Of a DNA stretch of 64,000 nucleotides, positions 20,532 to 31,390 are shown in pieces. Location of the stretch: positions 64,001 to 128,000 of the forward strand of contig CAWCBP010000006.1 of assembly GCA_963793865.1 (NCBI GenBank), read 5' to 3'. How positions within the stretch are numbered: the first letter of the stretch is position 1; each line of letters starts with the position of its first letter. The DNA comes from an uncultured delta proteobacterium (GTDB taxonomy: Bacteria; Desulfobacterota; WTBG01). Both the position numbers and the translations under genes were made by a program. Under the pieces are notes generated by a model. It did no database searches and had not been told where the DNA came from. It saw only the letters and a program-made list of their open reading frames with translations.

Positions 20532-20688
20532 TAATTAAAATTTGAATAGAGGTACAAAGAAAGAGCAATGAATTAAAACAAGTTGCAAAAGAAAGGAAGA
20601 ATACTCCGACCCGGGGATCGTTTCTAACTGGACAAGTCTTTGAAAATTATCATCAAGGACCAAACCGTTCCAGAGAGGAGACAAGGAC

Positions 20689-22395
20689 ATGTTAAAGAAA
20701 TGCACTTATATCATAGTGATTGGTAGTCTCTTATTTTTGCAGGGCTGTGGTATGCTTATCTTTAGTGAAGAAAAGAGGGCCATGAAGAAATATCAAATTC
20801 ATGAGGAGCAGTATAACCCCTACAAACTGCAGAACACCATCGAAGGATACAGAGAATTTATTTCCCTCCATCCGAAAAACCTTTTTGTCGATGATGCAAA
20901 ACAGCAGATTGAGAATTTAGAATTTGCCCCCTATGAAGAGGAAGACAGTGTCGAAGGATACATGGAGTTTAAAATGAGGTATCCGACCAACCGGCATGCT
21001 TTTAAAGCGAGTGTTAAAATTGAACAGGCAGAAGTAAAGCGCTACGAGAAAATGGACACCATAGAAGGGTACAATGAATTTCTCTCAAAATATCCTGATA
21101 GCACCTTTGCTGTGTTAGCACAACAGAGTTTACAGGAACTTGAGTTTAGAGAGATTAATAATACGCTGAGCACGGACTATGGATTTGACCTTTTAGCTTA
21201 CCGACTGAACCTCAATAGATTAAAGAAGAACTTAGAAACGGTTGATGGCATTAACCTTGGTGATTTTACCTGCTTTGCCTCTCTTACAACCTACGAAGGA
21301 AAAAAATACTTTCATACTAGCTTGATCTATCCAACAGACCTTTCCTATCTTGATACAACTGCCACCGAGACACATGAGCGGTTTTTTAATCCTATTATAT
21401 CCAAAGCCCTGATGTATCTTGAAAGTAATTTCATGAGCAAAGATAAAATTGATGGTTTTAGCTTTGATGTATCATCATCGTCTCACGCCTACCATGGTGA
21501 TAGAAGAATCATACTGGAGTACTACTTCCCCATAAGTCAGGTTATTCTGCTTGCCACAAACAAGGCGGACAGTAAAGACCTTTTAGCCCGTTCTATAATC
21601 GTTTCCCCCAGGAAAGTGGTCAGCAAAGATAAAGAGGTAGCTTCAATAAAAGTGGAACCTGTTATGGATTTAGAAAAACTGGATGGTTTGAAGATAATGA
21701 CCCTGGTGAGTGAAAGGGACAGGGGAAGCGATTACATCATCTCCAGTTCCTGGGAACGAGGGAGACATACCCTAAAATCTATTGAGAAGCGGAAAAACCT
21801 CATGGGTGAAGGGGAATTTATCTATAAATCAGTGCTGCGATACCTCGACCCTCCTGCCTATTGTGGAGCAAATATTTTGACCTGGAATTATAAAGACGGG
21901 GAAAAGGCATTCTGGGCTTTTGCTCCTTATTTAACTCATGAAACCAAAATCCTAAGTCCTACGAGAGTTACCAATACTGATTTCTTAATCCCCCCTGCTG
22001 AATTTGATTTTCCCCTCAAAGATTATGTGGACATTAACGTGGGAGAAGAAAGACATAATCTTATACGAAGTGAAGACTATGAAGGTACAATGTGCTTTGT
22101 AGTCGAAAGCACTCCTACAAAAAAGGACATGAAATATGGAAAAAGAATCAGTTGGATCGACCAACATTCCTTCATACCCTTAAAAGTAGACTATTGGGAC
22201 AAAGGAGAGAGACTCTGGAAGACCTTGAACATCGAGTGGCAACAAATATTCGGGTTTTGGTTTTGGAAGAAGGGAGTAGTAGAAAATGTGCAAACAGATG
22301 ACAAAACATTTATTATTATTGAGGATGTGAGGGTTAATCTGGGACTGAATGATCGAGATTTCACCAAATTTGGCTTAGATCAGAAAAAGTCATAG
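20689..22395 (+). CDS. Lipoprotein with three helical repeats and a C-terminal outer-membrane lipoprotein-sorting (LolA-like) domain
   Basis: Lipobox LQGC; 3x (T/S)xEGYxEFxxx(Y/H)P repeats; CFVVESTP...YGKRISWID...KVDYWDK. Confidence 0.75.
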   Translation: MLKKCTYIIVIGSLLFLQGCGMLIFSEEKRAMKKYQIHEEQYNPYKLQNTIEGYREFISLHPKNLFVDDAKQQIENLEFAPYEEEDSVEGYMEFKMRYPTNRHAFKASVKIEQAEVKRYEKMDTIEGYNEFLSKYPDSTFAVLAQQSLQELEFREINNTLSTDYGFDLLAYRLNLNRLKKNLETVDGINLGDFTCFASLTTYEGKKYFHTSLIYPTDLSYLDTTATETHERFFNPIISKALMYLESNFMSKDKIDGFSFDVSSSSHAYHGDRRIILEYYFPISQVILLATNKADSKDLLARSIIVSPRKVVSKDKEVASIKVEPVMDLEKLDGLKIMTLVSERDRGSDYIISSSWERGRHTLKSIEKRKNLMGEGEFIYKSVLRYLDPPAYCGANILTWNYKDGEKAFWAFAPYLTHETKILSPTRVTNTDFLIPPAEFDFPLKDYVDINVGEERHNLIRSEDYEGTMCFVVESTPTKKDMKYGKRISWIDQHSFIPLKVDYWDKGERLWKTLNIEWQQIFGFWFWKKGVVENVQTDDKTFIIIEDVRVNLGLNDRDFTKFGLDQKKS

Positions 22396-22445
22396 ATTCC
22401 CAGAGTGAAATAACATGCCTTTTATTCATTGGAGGAGGCGAAAGA

Positions 22446-22871
22446 ATGAAGAAAATAAATCTTATTCATGTTGTAGTCGTATGTTCTGTTATCCTTTGCA
22501 TAAAACCAGTGTCAGGTGAAAGGCTTTCAGCTGGTAATGGTTTACAGAATACTCAATGGGATGTTTATGTAATGCAATTGCCTAAGTGTTTGAATGAATG
22601 CGGCGGTGCATTAGTATCATTCAATGAAGAGGGTTCGGGAGATATTAGATGGGATGACCCCAGTGTCGAGGGGTTGCCGTTTTCTTATGCTGTACGCAGA
22701 GCGTTTGATACCACACTGTTTTTCACCGTTAATGACAGTATGGCAGGAGGGGGAATAGCCTCAATAAGCAAGGGCATTTTGATGGTATTGTTTAATTGCA
22801 GATTAGGATATTGCGGACCTCATTATGTCATGGTCGGTGCCCCTCATATAAACAGTGCCTTAGTTGAGTAA
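22446..22871 (+). CDS. Hypothetical exported protein
   Basis: SD ggaggagg, signal peptide, two Cys pairs. Confidence 0.65.
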   Translation: MKKINLIHVVVVCSVILCIKPVSGERLSAGNGLQNTQWDVYVMQLPKCLNECGGALVSFNEEGSGDIRWDDPSVEGLPFSYAVRRAFDTTLFFTVNDSMAGGGIASISKGILMVLFNCRLGYCGPHYVMVGAPHINSALVE

Positions 22872-23344
22872 GATGGCATTGAATATCGCTGAGCCTTCCA
22901 CAACTGGCTTAGAACGAGAGATTTTCTGGCCCCTGTATTTCTCTGAAAGATTATGCTATAAAATTGTTAGCCTCATAATAGAAGTCTTGAAGAGCCGATA
23001 ACCGGTTTGGCCCCCTCCTTTCAGGTTATCGGCCTTCTCTTTATTATACTGACCATTCATATTGCTTACCGTTTCTGTTTTACCATGCCGTCTGTTTAAC
23101 TCACGACATTCCATTCTTTTAAGAAATTGAAAGTACTCAATATAAGATTTTTCGAAGTGCAAAATCAGGGTTTTGCCTATTGCTTTTTACATTTTTGCAA
23201 GCTTTTCATATTTCCTTCATACTAATAATCTTACAAATGTTAATAATAAATCTAATCAAATAATTAAGGTTTCTCAATGCATTAGCCGACTTAGAATTAT
23301 TGTAAAGGAGAAAAAAGAGCTAACTTAATGTAAGGACATGCAAG

Positions 23345-26300
23345 ATGAACCCCACTGACAATACTAAATATAGCTTTTTAAACAAAATCTTAGTAAGCCA
23401 TAACCAGATAGTAAAAAAGAAATTAGAGAAACCAGATTTAACCCTATCCAGTGATTCTTTTGGCGACGGAAAAGAATTTTTGCATAATATAATTGAATGC
23501 TCTTTAGATGGCATTATTGCTGTTGATGAGCAGGGAAACATCAGGAGAATGAATAGATCATTTCTGACAACTCTTGGATATGAGGCAAATGAGATAGTTG
23601 GAAAACATGTGACAGAACTTTCTATACTGGAAGCAGGTACATACGAGCTAACTACAGGGGATTCAATTGAAATTACTGAGGACTACTTCTGTGATCGTGC
23701 AGCTTCAATTGCTACATTATTAGAGGGTGGTGAAATAAGAAACCGGATAAGTTATTTTACCCGTAAGGATGGTAAAATCGTTCCCTGTGAACAAAATATT
23801 TCACCGTTATACAATGACGAGGGAAAAGCAATAGGAGCGGTTGGGGTCGTTAGAAATATTACAGAAAGCAGAAATGCTAAAAGAAGTGTTGAAGAGTTTA
23901 GAGAATTTTTGGACAACATTTTCAAAACGGTAGTGGATGGAATAATTGTTACTGATCCTAAGGGATTCATCATAATGTTAAATGATGCAGTTACAAGGAT
24001 AACGGGTTATAGCAAAGAGGACTTAATCGGTAGACATGCTAAAGATTTTAGACTTGAGAGCAGTGCATACGATGAAATAAATAAAGAATTATTTAGAGAT
24101 GGAAGCATTACCGGATCGGATATGCCCTGGATGAGAAAAGATGGAAATATTATTACTGTCGAAGGAAGTGTTGCCCTATTAAAGGATAACAACGGAAATG
24201 CTAAAGGAGCGGTTGCTACCATTAGAGATATCTCCGAAAAGAACAAAGCACAGGAGGAATTAAGATCAGCAAAGGAGCATTTGGATAATCTCATTGATAA
24301 CTCCTTGGACTGCATAGTGGTCTCTGACAAAACTGGCTATATAACGAAAGTTAACAAGTATTTCCTGGACCTGTTTGGTTATAGTCAAGAAGAGGTGATT
24401 GGCAAGCATGTAATGGATTGTGCCCCGATGCTTGACGAAGGTACGTATGAGTGCACTACAGGAGAAGTACTAAGGATAGGTAAGGAATTTATTAATGATG
24501 CACAAAAAAGGATTGCAGATCTAATTGATAAAGGAAAGGTAACCAATTGGGAGGCGTATTATTATTGCAAAGACAGGAAGGTTGTTCCCATTGAACAGAA
24601 TATAGTTTGCTTGTACGGTAAAGACGGGGAGCGGACTGGTGCAGTTGCTATCATAAGAGATATTACGCTGAGGAGGAAGGCAGAAAGGGAACTAAAGGAA
24701 ACAAAAGAATTTTTGGAAAAAGTCATCGAAAGCACCAAAGATGGGATCCTGATAGTTGATGAAACGGGATACATTCTTTCTGCAAACACAGCGATGGAGA
24801 AAATGAGTGGTTTTGCCAAAAGCGATATAATCGGGAAGCATGCTTCTTCGCTTGTCGTTGACGATAAAGAAACCAAGAAAGCAATCCTGGGAAAAACCGC
24901 TGAACTGTTTGAAAAAGGTTCTGCTACCTATGAAGCACAATACAAGACTAACAACGGAAACTGTCTTGATGTAGAATGCACTTCTTCAATGATCAGCAAT
25001 GATCAAGGAGAGTACATTGCCGGAGTGGCTGTCTTGAGAGATGTTTCTGAGAGAAAAAGGACGCAACGTGAGATTAAAGAGGGCAAGGAATTTCTAGAAA
25101 AAATCATTCAAGGCAGTAAAGATGGAATAGTCATATGTGACGAGCAGGGCTGCATACTTTCAGTCAACGAAGCCATGGGGGAAATGTTAGGTCTGGGGAA
25201 GGAAGATATCGTGGGGAGGCACTCTTCAGAGCTGCACGGAGATGATGCATCTGAGAAGAAGAAGGTGAAGGACAAGATAGGAGAACTACTGGAGAAAGGG
25301 TTTGCATCATACGAGACACGATATTTAAGGAAGGACGGTAAAATGGTTGAAGTGGAATGCTATAACTCAATGATTCGTAATAATGCGGAGTTTATTGGCG
25401 GCATATCTATAGTGCGGAACATAACAGAAAGAAACAAGATGCAGCAGCAAATGATACAATCTGATAAGCTGAGGTCGCTGGGAGAGTTGGCTGGAGGCGT
25501 AGCTCATGACTTCAATAATATATTAGCTGCAATTTTGGGAAGGGTTCAGCTCTTGAAGATACAATTTAAGCCCCCTGATGGTAATGAGGAGAAAAGCGCA
25601 TCAATGCTTGATCTGGTAAAATGCCTGGAAATTATCGAAAAAGCATCCTTGGACGGAGCTGAGACAGTAAGGCGGATTCAAGAGTTTGCCCGGAAAAGGG
25701 TAGATGACAAAGACTTTACTCCGGTTAACATAAATGAATTACTGGACAATGCCCTAGAATTTACAAAAGTAAGGTGGAGAAATGAAGCTGAATCAAAGGG
25801 GATAAAAGTTGAAGTTCAAAAAGACTATTCACCACTTGCTAGCACCTTAGGCAGTGCATCCGAATTAAGAGAAGTATTTACCAATCTTATCAATAATGCT
25901 CTTGATGCGATGCCTTATGGCGGAAGGATTAGCATTAAGACATTGGAGGAAGATAGTCATATCGCTCTAACGATAGAAGATACAGGTGTTGGTATCCCTG
26001 ATGCGATAAGGAATAGAATATTTGACCCCTTTTTCACAACAAAAGGCGTTCAATCAACTGGACTTGGCATGAGTATCTCATACAGTATTATTAATCATCA
26101 TAAAGGTACTATCTTAGTAGAAAGCGAGGAGGGAAAAGGAACCATTTTTACCATACAACTCCCCATTCAAGAAAAGAAGATTAAAGAGGAAGGAGTTATA
26201 ACACCCATAGAAGAAAACGGTAGGAAGGCAAGGATTCTGATCATAGAGGATGAAGAAGAAATCAGTCAACTTTTATATGATATCTTGATTAGTCAAGGTC

Positions 26301-26605
26301 ATGAGGTTGAAGTTACCACTGATGGAAATCGGGGATTAGAGATATTTAAAACCAGAGATTTTGATTTGGTTTGCACCGATTTAGGAATGCCTGGCATGTC
26401 AGGCTGGCAGGTAGCAGAAGAGATTAAACATATTGGCAAGAAGGTACCTGTTGCCATCATTTCTGGGTGGAGTATAGATCTGAATGAGCCAGAGATGAGA
26501 GAAAAAGGAGTAGATATTATTCTTCAGAAACCATTTCAAATAAATCAGATTTTGAAATTGGTTCAAGAGGGGTTGTCATTGAAAGATCAATTTGAAGCAG
26601 CGTGA
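23345..26605 (+). CDS. Hybrid sensor histidine kinase (5 PAS + HisKA + HATPase + REC)
   Basis: Repeated PAS units ending R(D/N)I(T/S)xR, H-box GVAHDFNN, FDPFFTTK, receiver DLVCTDLGMPGMSG. Confidence 0.93.
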   Translation: MNPTDNTKYSFLNKILVSHNQIVKKKLEKPDLTLSSDSFGDGKEFLHNIIECSLDGIIAVDEQGNIRRMNRSFLTTLGYEANEIVGKHVTELSILEAGTYELTTGDSIEITEDYFCDRAASIATLLEGGEIRNRISYFTRKDGKIVPCEQNISPLYNDEGKAIGAVGVVRNITESRNAKRSVEEFREFLDNIFKTVVDGIIVTDPKGFIIMLNDAVTRITGYSKEDLIGRHAKDFRLESSAYDEINKELFRDGSITGSDMPWMRKDGNIITVEGSVALLKDNNGNAKGAVATIRDISEKNKAQEELRSAKEHLDNLIDNSLDCIVVSDKTGYITKVNKYFLDLFGYSQEEVIGKHVMDCAPMLDEGTYECTTGEVLRIGKEFINDAQKRIADLIDKGKVTNWEAYYYCKDRKVVPIEQNIVCLYGKDGERTGAVAIIRDITLRRKAERELKETKEFLEKVIESTKDGILIVDETGYILSANTAMEKMSGFAKSDIIGKHASSLVVDDKETKKAILGKTAELFEKGSATYEAQYKTNNGNCLDVECTSSMISNDQGEYIAGVAVLRDVSERKRTQREIKEGKEFLEKIIQGSKDGIVICDEQGCILSVNEAMGEMLGLGKEDIVGRHSSELHGDDASEKKKVKDKIGELLEKGFASYETRYLRKDGKMVEVECYNSMIRNNAEFIGGISIVRNITERNKMQQQMIQSDKLRSLGELAGGVAHDFNNILAAILGRVQLLKIQFKPPDGNEEKSASMLDLVKCLEIIEKASLDGAETVRRIQEFARKRVDDKDFTPVNINELLDNALEFTKVRWRNEAESKGIKVEVQKDYSPLASTLGSASELREVFTNLINNALDAMPYGGRISIKTLEEDSHIALTIEDTGVGIPDAIRNRIFDPFFTTKGVQSTGLGMSISYSIINHHKGTILVESEEGKGTIFTIQLPIQEKKIKEEGVITPIEENGRKARILIIEDEEEISQLLYDILISQGHEVEVTTDGNRGLEIFKTRDFDLVCTDLGMPGMSGWQVAEEIKHIGKKVPVAIISGWSIDLNEPEMREKGVDIILQKPFQINQILKLVQEGLSLKDQFEAA

Positions 26606-26770
26606 CAAGTCAAACAGTGGTTATTTGTCCGCACACTTCCTGAACAAAATTTGGCATGATCTTACTAATCCTGTGCAATTTGTCCACGCAAAGTACGATC
26701 AAGATACTATTGACGGAATAGTGAGAAATTGGAGTGCACAAACAATAAAAGATTGAAGGATTAAAACACC

Positions 26771-28516
26771 ATGAAAAAAAACAGAGAACTGATAAACGTA
26801 TCCCTGGTTGTAATTATTGCAATTGTGTTCTCACTATTCAGTTTATCGATTGACTTCATTAGTACAATTCACAAGTATTTCCCCCTGTATACAAGCGCGC
26901 CTATTAGTAAATTCATAATCAATGTTATTTTTCTATGGTTACTGGTGACTCTGGGGATGACGTACCAACGTTGGAGGGAGGCCTTGAGTAAGCAAATGGA
27001 GCTTGAGGACATTATATCTAGCATAAATGCGGATGTACTTGTTGTTGTTGACAGGGAACATACTATTGTTATGTGCAATGATTCGGTAAAAGGCATGTTT
27101 GGTTACAGTGCAGATGAAGTAGTGAACGGTAAATTTGACCTGTTCTGTAGTGACAGTTATCCTAACTTATCGAGAAAGAATGAGATATATGAAAAACTTG
27201 AAAAAGACGGATTTTACGTTAGTGTTGCCCAAGGAAAAAAGAAAAATGGTGAAGTTATACCCCTTGAAATAATTACCTATAATCGGAAAAATCATACTGG
27301 TGCAGTAATGCTACTGCGTGATATCACCGACAGGAAAAAGCTGGAACAACAGCTTATTCAATCAGAAAAGCTCAATTCACTGGGTGAACTCGCAGGTGGA
27401 GTAGCGCACGATTTTAACAATGTGTTAGCCGCCATACTGGGTAGAGCACAGCTCTTGAAGATGCATATGGAATCTCTGGCAGGAATAGAGAAAAACAGAA
27501 GAACGGTACTAGATCTAAAAAAAGGTTTAGAACTAATAGAGAATGCTGCCAGAGATGGGGCTGAAACGGTGAGGCAGATTCAGGAGTTTTCCAGGAGGAG
27601 AACTGACGATAAAGACTTTACTAAGATTGATATTAATGAGTTGCTGGATCATGCCCTGGAATATACCAGAATGAGGTGGAAGGACGAAGCTGAATCGAAG
27701 GGGATAAGGATCGGGATCAAAAAAGAGTTCTCTCCCCTTAATCCCATACTGGGACGTTCCTCGGAGTTAAGAGGAGTATTTGCCAATTTGATTAACAATG
27801 CCATTGATGCCATGCCACAGGGAGGTGAGATTAGAGTTAAGTCTTTTATGGATGATACTATGGCGGTGATCAAAATTGAGGATACAGGTGGTGGCATTCC
27901 TCACACTATAAAAGATAAGATTTTTGATCCATTCTTTACCACCAAGGGTCCTCAGTCGACGGGATTGGGGTTAAGCGTTTCCTACGGCACCATTAATCGG
28001 CACCATGGGACTATCACCGCAGAGAGTATTGAAGGGGAAGGGACTGCCTTTCTTCTCACGTTCCCTGTTACTGAGAAGGCAACTGAAGGTGAAGTTCGGA
28101 AAGAAAAGATTATACCCATAAGGAAGGAACAGGAAAAAGCCAGGATTTTGGTGATTGATGATGAGGAAGGTGTGCGTGAACTTTTACGGGATATTTTAAC
28201 CGACGCAAGCCATGAGGTTGAGGTGGCGAGAAATGGGGGAGAGGGGATTACGCTGTTTAGAGAGAAGGAGTTTGATCTGGTATTTACTGACCTGGGAATG
28301 CCTGTGATGTCCGGGTGGGAGGTAGCAGAAAAGGTAAAGAGTATCAATGAGAAGGTTCCGGTAGCGCTTATCACCGGGTGGAACGTATCATTAGAAGAGT
28401 CAGAGAAGCATGATAAAGGGATAAGTCTTGTTATTCAAAAACCCTTCAAAATGGAACAAATTCTCAATTTAGTCCAGGAGGGAATGATACTAAAAGATCA
28501 GCTTCAAGCTGTTTGA
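26771..28516 (+). CDS. Membrane-bound hybrid sensor kinase (2 TM + PAS + HisKA + REC)
   Basis: GVAHDFNN, FDPFFTTK, VFTDLGMP; the C-terminal half is a close paralog of the upstream kinase. Confidence 0.93.
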   Translation: MKKNRELINVSLVVIIAIVFSLFSLSIDFISTIHKYFPLYTSAPISKFIINVIFLWLLVTLGMTYQRWREALSKQMELEDIISSINADVLVVVDREHTIVMCNDSVKGMFGYSADEVVNGKFDLFCSDSYPNLSRKNEIYEKLEKDGFYVSVAQGKKKNGEVIPLEIITYNRKNHTGAVMLLRDITDRKKLEQQLIQSEKLNSLGELAGGVAHDFNNVLAAILGRAQLLKMHMESLAGIEKNRRTVLDLKKGLELIENAARDGAETVRQIQEFSRRRTDDKDFTKIDINELLDHALEYTRMRWKDEAESKGIRIGIKKEFSPLNPILGRSSELRGVFANLINNAIDAMPQGGEIRVKSFMDDTMAVIKIEDTGGGIPHTIKDKIFDPFFTTKGPQSTGLGLSVSYGTINRHHGTITAESIEGEGTAFLLTFPVTEKATEGEVRKEKIIPIRKEQEKARILVIDDEEGVRELLRDILTDASHEVEVARNGGEGITLFREKEFDLVFTDLGMPVMSGWEVAEKVKSINEKVPVALITGWNVSLEESEKHDKGISLVIQKPFKMEQILNLVQEGMILKDQLQAV

Positions 28517-28642
28517 GAAGAGCAAAGACTTGCATTGACACATCCCAAGCATTACCGTACGTCCACATATAATGTCTATCAGTCGCTCACAAAAATTTAA
28601 CACTTCTACCATAAATACAAAACTAATCTCCACACTATGCTC

Positions 28643-28755
28643 TGAGCCTTCCATAATTGGCTTATAATGAGAGATCTGCTGCCAGATGGTGATTTCTGTG
28701 GTGGTTTTTGTGTGGCAAGAAAATACATAACTTGAGTTGGGAGATTTTGTGTAGC
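28643..28755. repeat. Island repeat A, copy 2
   Basis: tgagccttccataattggc...gtttttgtgtggcaa...cataacttgagttgggag. Confidence 0.8.
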
Positions 28756-28840
28756 TTTCCAATAGTCTAATTTTGTTCGTAACCAGAGTGGTGTCAGTAT
28801 CCATAAGGAGGGATTTATCCCAGTTTCTTCTCTCCTCTTC

Positions 28841-28880
28841 AATACCTTTTCAGTAGTCAGTGCTGAGGGGGTATTTTTCT
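28841..28880 (+). terminator. Terminator-like hairpin, island repeat family
   Basis: aataccttttcag-loop-ctgagggggtattttt. Confidence 0.7.
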
Positions 28881-29035
28881 TATGGTGTGGGTATCAATTA
28901 TTTTCTAGCTCAGAAAAACATTAACACAGCAATTGAGGTCCAAATTATATTTAATTGATTATAAGAATTTTCCGAGTAATATGTGCAAAGGAAACTATTT
29001 ATAATAATTGATGAAATGCATCTTAATGGTTAGGG

Positions 29036-31390
29036 GTGAGCATGAAGGACAAAACCAAGACGAAAAATAGCTTGGTAGCTGAATCGCGGAAGGTAGGCAA
29101 GCTAGTCGACGAATTAGAAAAGCTAAAGAAAGAACGAAAGGAGATAGAAGAAAAATATCGTAATATGTTTGAGTATGCTAATGATGCTATTATTACGACA
29201 ACTAATAAGAGCATTATTACGTCATTTAATAAGAAAGCGGAAGATCTATTTGGTTATAATCGTGAGGATATAATTGGCAAATCAGCGTCTAAACTTGTAC
29301 CTACAAAGAAAAGGAAGGGAGAAAAAGAAAGATTTAAAAGTATCACGTTTAAAAATAAAAGTGGCATTATAGGGACGATCAAAGAGGGAATAGGATTAAC
29401 AAAGAACGGTCATGCATTTCCAGTGGAAGGTTCCTATTATGCTTTTCATGCAAATGATGAATACATTATAGCCGGTATTTTTCGTGATATCTCTGAACGG
29501 AAGCAAATGGATGAACAGTTGCGGTCAAGCGAAGAAAAGGCACGGGTACTTTTAAACGCTCCTCCTGATATTGCTATGCTGATAGATAATAAAGCCACCC
29601 TTATCGATTGTAACGAAGCATTGTGCTTAAGACTGCATAAAAGTAGAGAAGAACTTTTGGGTAAGACCCCTCTTGATTTGTTCGATGCACACGCAGCAAA
29701 ACGCAGAGTGAAGTATATTAAAAAATTAGTTTCGAAAGGTACTAATGATCATTATCAAGATATACATGAGGGAAGATGGTATGATATTTCCGTCCATCCG
29801 ATTTTCGATACACAGGGAAAGGTTGCCCAGGCTGTTGTTTTAGCCCATGACATAACAGAAATGAAACAGAAAGAGGAGGAATTAGTAGAAGCAAAAGATT
29901 ATTTAGAAAACCTCATAGAAAGTTCATCTGACAGCATTGTTGTTTCTGATACCAATGGATTTATTACCAAAGTAAACAGATCTTTCTTAAAACTCGTTGG
30001 ATACAAGGCAGACGAGGTTTTAGGAAAAATGATGGTTAAATTCACACCCACTGAAGAGGGAATTTACGAGTCTACCACAGGTGAATTTGCGAAGATAGAT
30101 AAGCAGTTTTTTGATAAATCGGCAATAATGGTGTCCAGATTTATGAACGATGGGAAAATGTCTAATTGGGAGTCCTATTTGCTTACCAAAAATAAGAAAG
30201 TCATTCCTGTGGACATAACTATAGCTTTCTTATTCAAAGAAGGAAAAAGAACCGGATCAATTGGCATATTAAGGGATATTAGTGAGAGAAGAAAGGCAGA
30301 ACAAACAATTGTTAAGACGATGAATTTCTTGGAAGATATTATCAGAGATTCAGCGGATGGTATTGTCGTTTCCGATACCTTGACTACCATGACGATGGTC
30401 AATGAGGCGGCAGAAAATATACTCGGGTATTCGAAAGAAGATCTTTTAGGGAAACGCACACATGCCTTCATACCCCAAGGCGAGTGGGAAAAGCGTGATA
30501 AATTAGTAGAGAAAGCAATTGCCAACAAGGGCTCAGCATACAATTATGAGCACCAATGGGTGAGGAAAGATGGCCGGATTATTGATCTGGGCTTGAACAT
30601 AGGGACTCTAAAGGATTCCTCAGAAAACGTTATCGGATTGGTGGCATGTGTAAGGGATATTACTGAACGCAAGGCTATGGAGAAAAAGCTCTTTGAATAT
30701 CATGACCAGCTGCGGTGCCTGGCATCACAGTTAATAAATGCTGAAGAGAAGAATCAACAAAACATAGCGGCATTTTTACATGATAATATTGGACAGGACT
30801 TGTTCAGTCTTAAAATTAAACTAAAGATGTTACAAGATGCAAAGTCTTTTAAGGAAAGCAAGTTATATGCAAATACAATGCTTGCTACTATTGATCAACT
30901 CATAGCAAACGCACGTTCATTAACATCCGAACTGAGTCCTCCAATCCTTCACGAGTTAGGCCTTGGTGCTGCACTAGAATGGCTCGCTGAACAAATGCAC
31001 AAACGCGAAGGTATTATTGTTCAATTTGAAGATGACGGACACTCACGTTCTTTAGAAAAGACGATTAACATCCTTATTTTTAATGTGGTACGTGAATTGT
31101 TCAATAATATTGTTAAACATGCCAAAGCACATAATGTGAAAATCTCCATACAGAATGATGATACTAGTATACAAGTATGTATAGAAGATGATGGGATTGG
31201 ATTTAAACCCGAAGAGGTTAATTCCCCGATGAGGGATAACAATTCATTCGGACTGTTCAGCATTAAGGAAAGATTAAGTTATGTTGGCGGGCATATCGAA
31301 ATTCAATCTAAACCAAGCCAAGGCACCAGAATAGCAATCAAAATGCCACATAAGCTTAGAAAAAGTAGCTCAACAGAAAATAACCTGTAA
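29036..31390 (+). CDS. 4-PAS HisKA_3 sensor histidine kinase
   Basis: AAFLHDNIGQ, ELSPPILHELGL, RELFNNIVKHA, DDGIGF; paralog of 10948-12503. Confidence 0.92.
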   Translation: MSMKDKTKTKNSLVAESRKVGKLVDELEKLKKERKEIEEKYRNMFEYANDAIITTTNKSIITSFNKKAEDLFGYNREDIIGKSASKLVPTKKRKGEKERFKSITFKNKSGIIGTIKEGIGLTKNGHAFPVEGSYYAFHANDEYIIAGIFRDISERKQMDEQLRSSEEKARVLLNAPPDIAMLIDNKATLIDCNEALCLRLHKSREELLGKTPLDLFDAHAAKRRVKYIKKLVSKGTNDHYQDIHEGRWYDISVHPIFDTQGKVAQAVVLAHDITEMKQKEEELVEAKDYLENLIESSSDSIVVSDTNGFITKVNRSFLKLVGYKADEVLGKMMVKFTPTEEGIYESTTGEFAKIDKQFFDKSAIMVSRFMNDGKMSNWESYLLTKNKKVIPVDITIAFLFKEGKRTGSIGILRDISERRKAEQTIVKTMNFLEDIIRDSADGIVVSDTLTTMTMVNEAAENILGYSKEDLLGKRTHAFIPQGEWEKRDKLVEKAIANKGSAYNYEHQWVRKDGRIIDLGLNIGTLKDSSENVIGLVACVRDITERKAMEKKLFEYHDQLRCLASQLINAEEKNQQNIAAFLHDNIGQDLFSLKIKLKMLQDAKSFKESKLYANTMLATIDQLIANARSLTSELSPPILHELGLGAALEWLAEQMHKREGIIVQFEDDGHSRSLEKTINILIFNVVRELFNNIVKHAKAHNVKISIQNDDTSIQVCIEDDGIGFKPEEVNSPMRDNNSFGLFSIKERLSYVGGHIEIQSKPSQGTRIAIKMPHKLRKSSSTENNL

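Noticed and set aside
22956..23162. 68-aa minus-strand ORF as a gene or IS fragment
   Set aside because: No convincing motif or ribosome-binding site.
17445..28880. Island repeats as integron attC sites
   Set aside because: No clear RYYYAAC...GTTRRRY boxes and no integron integrase.
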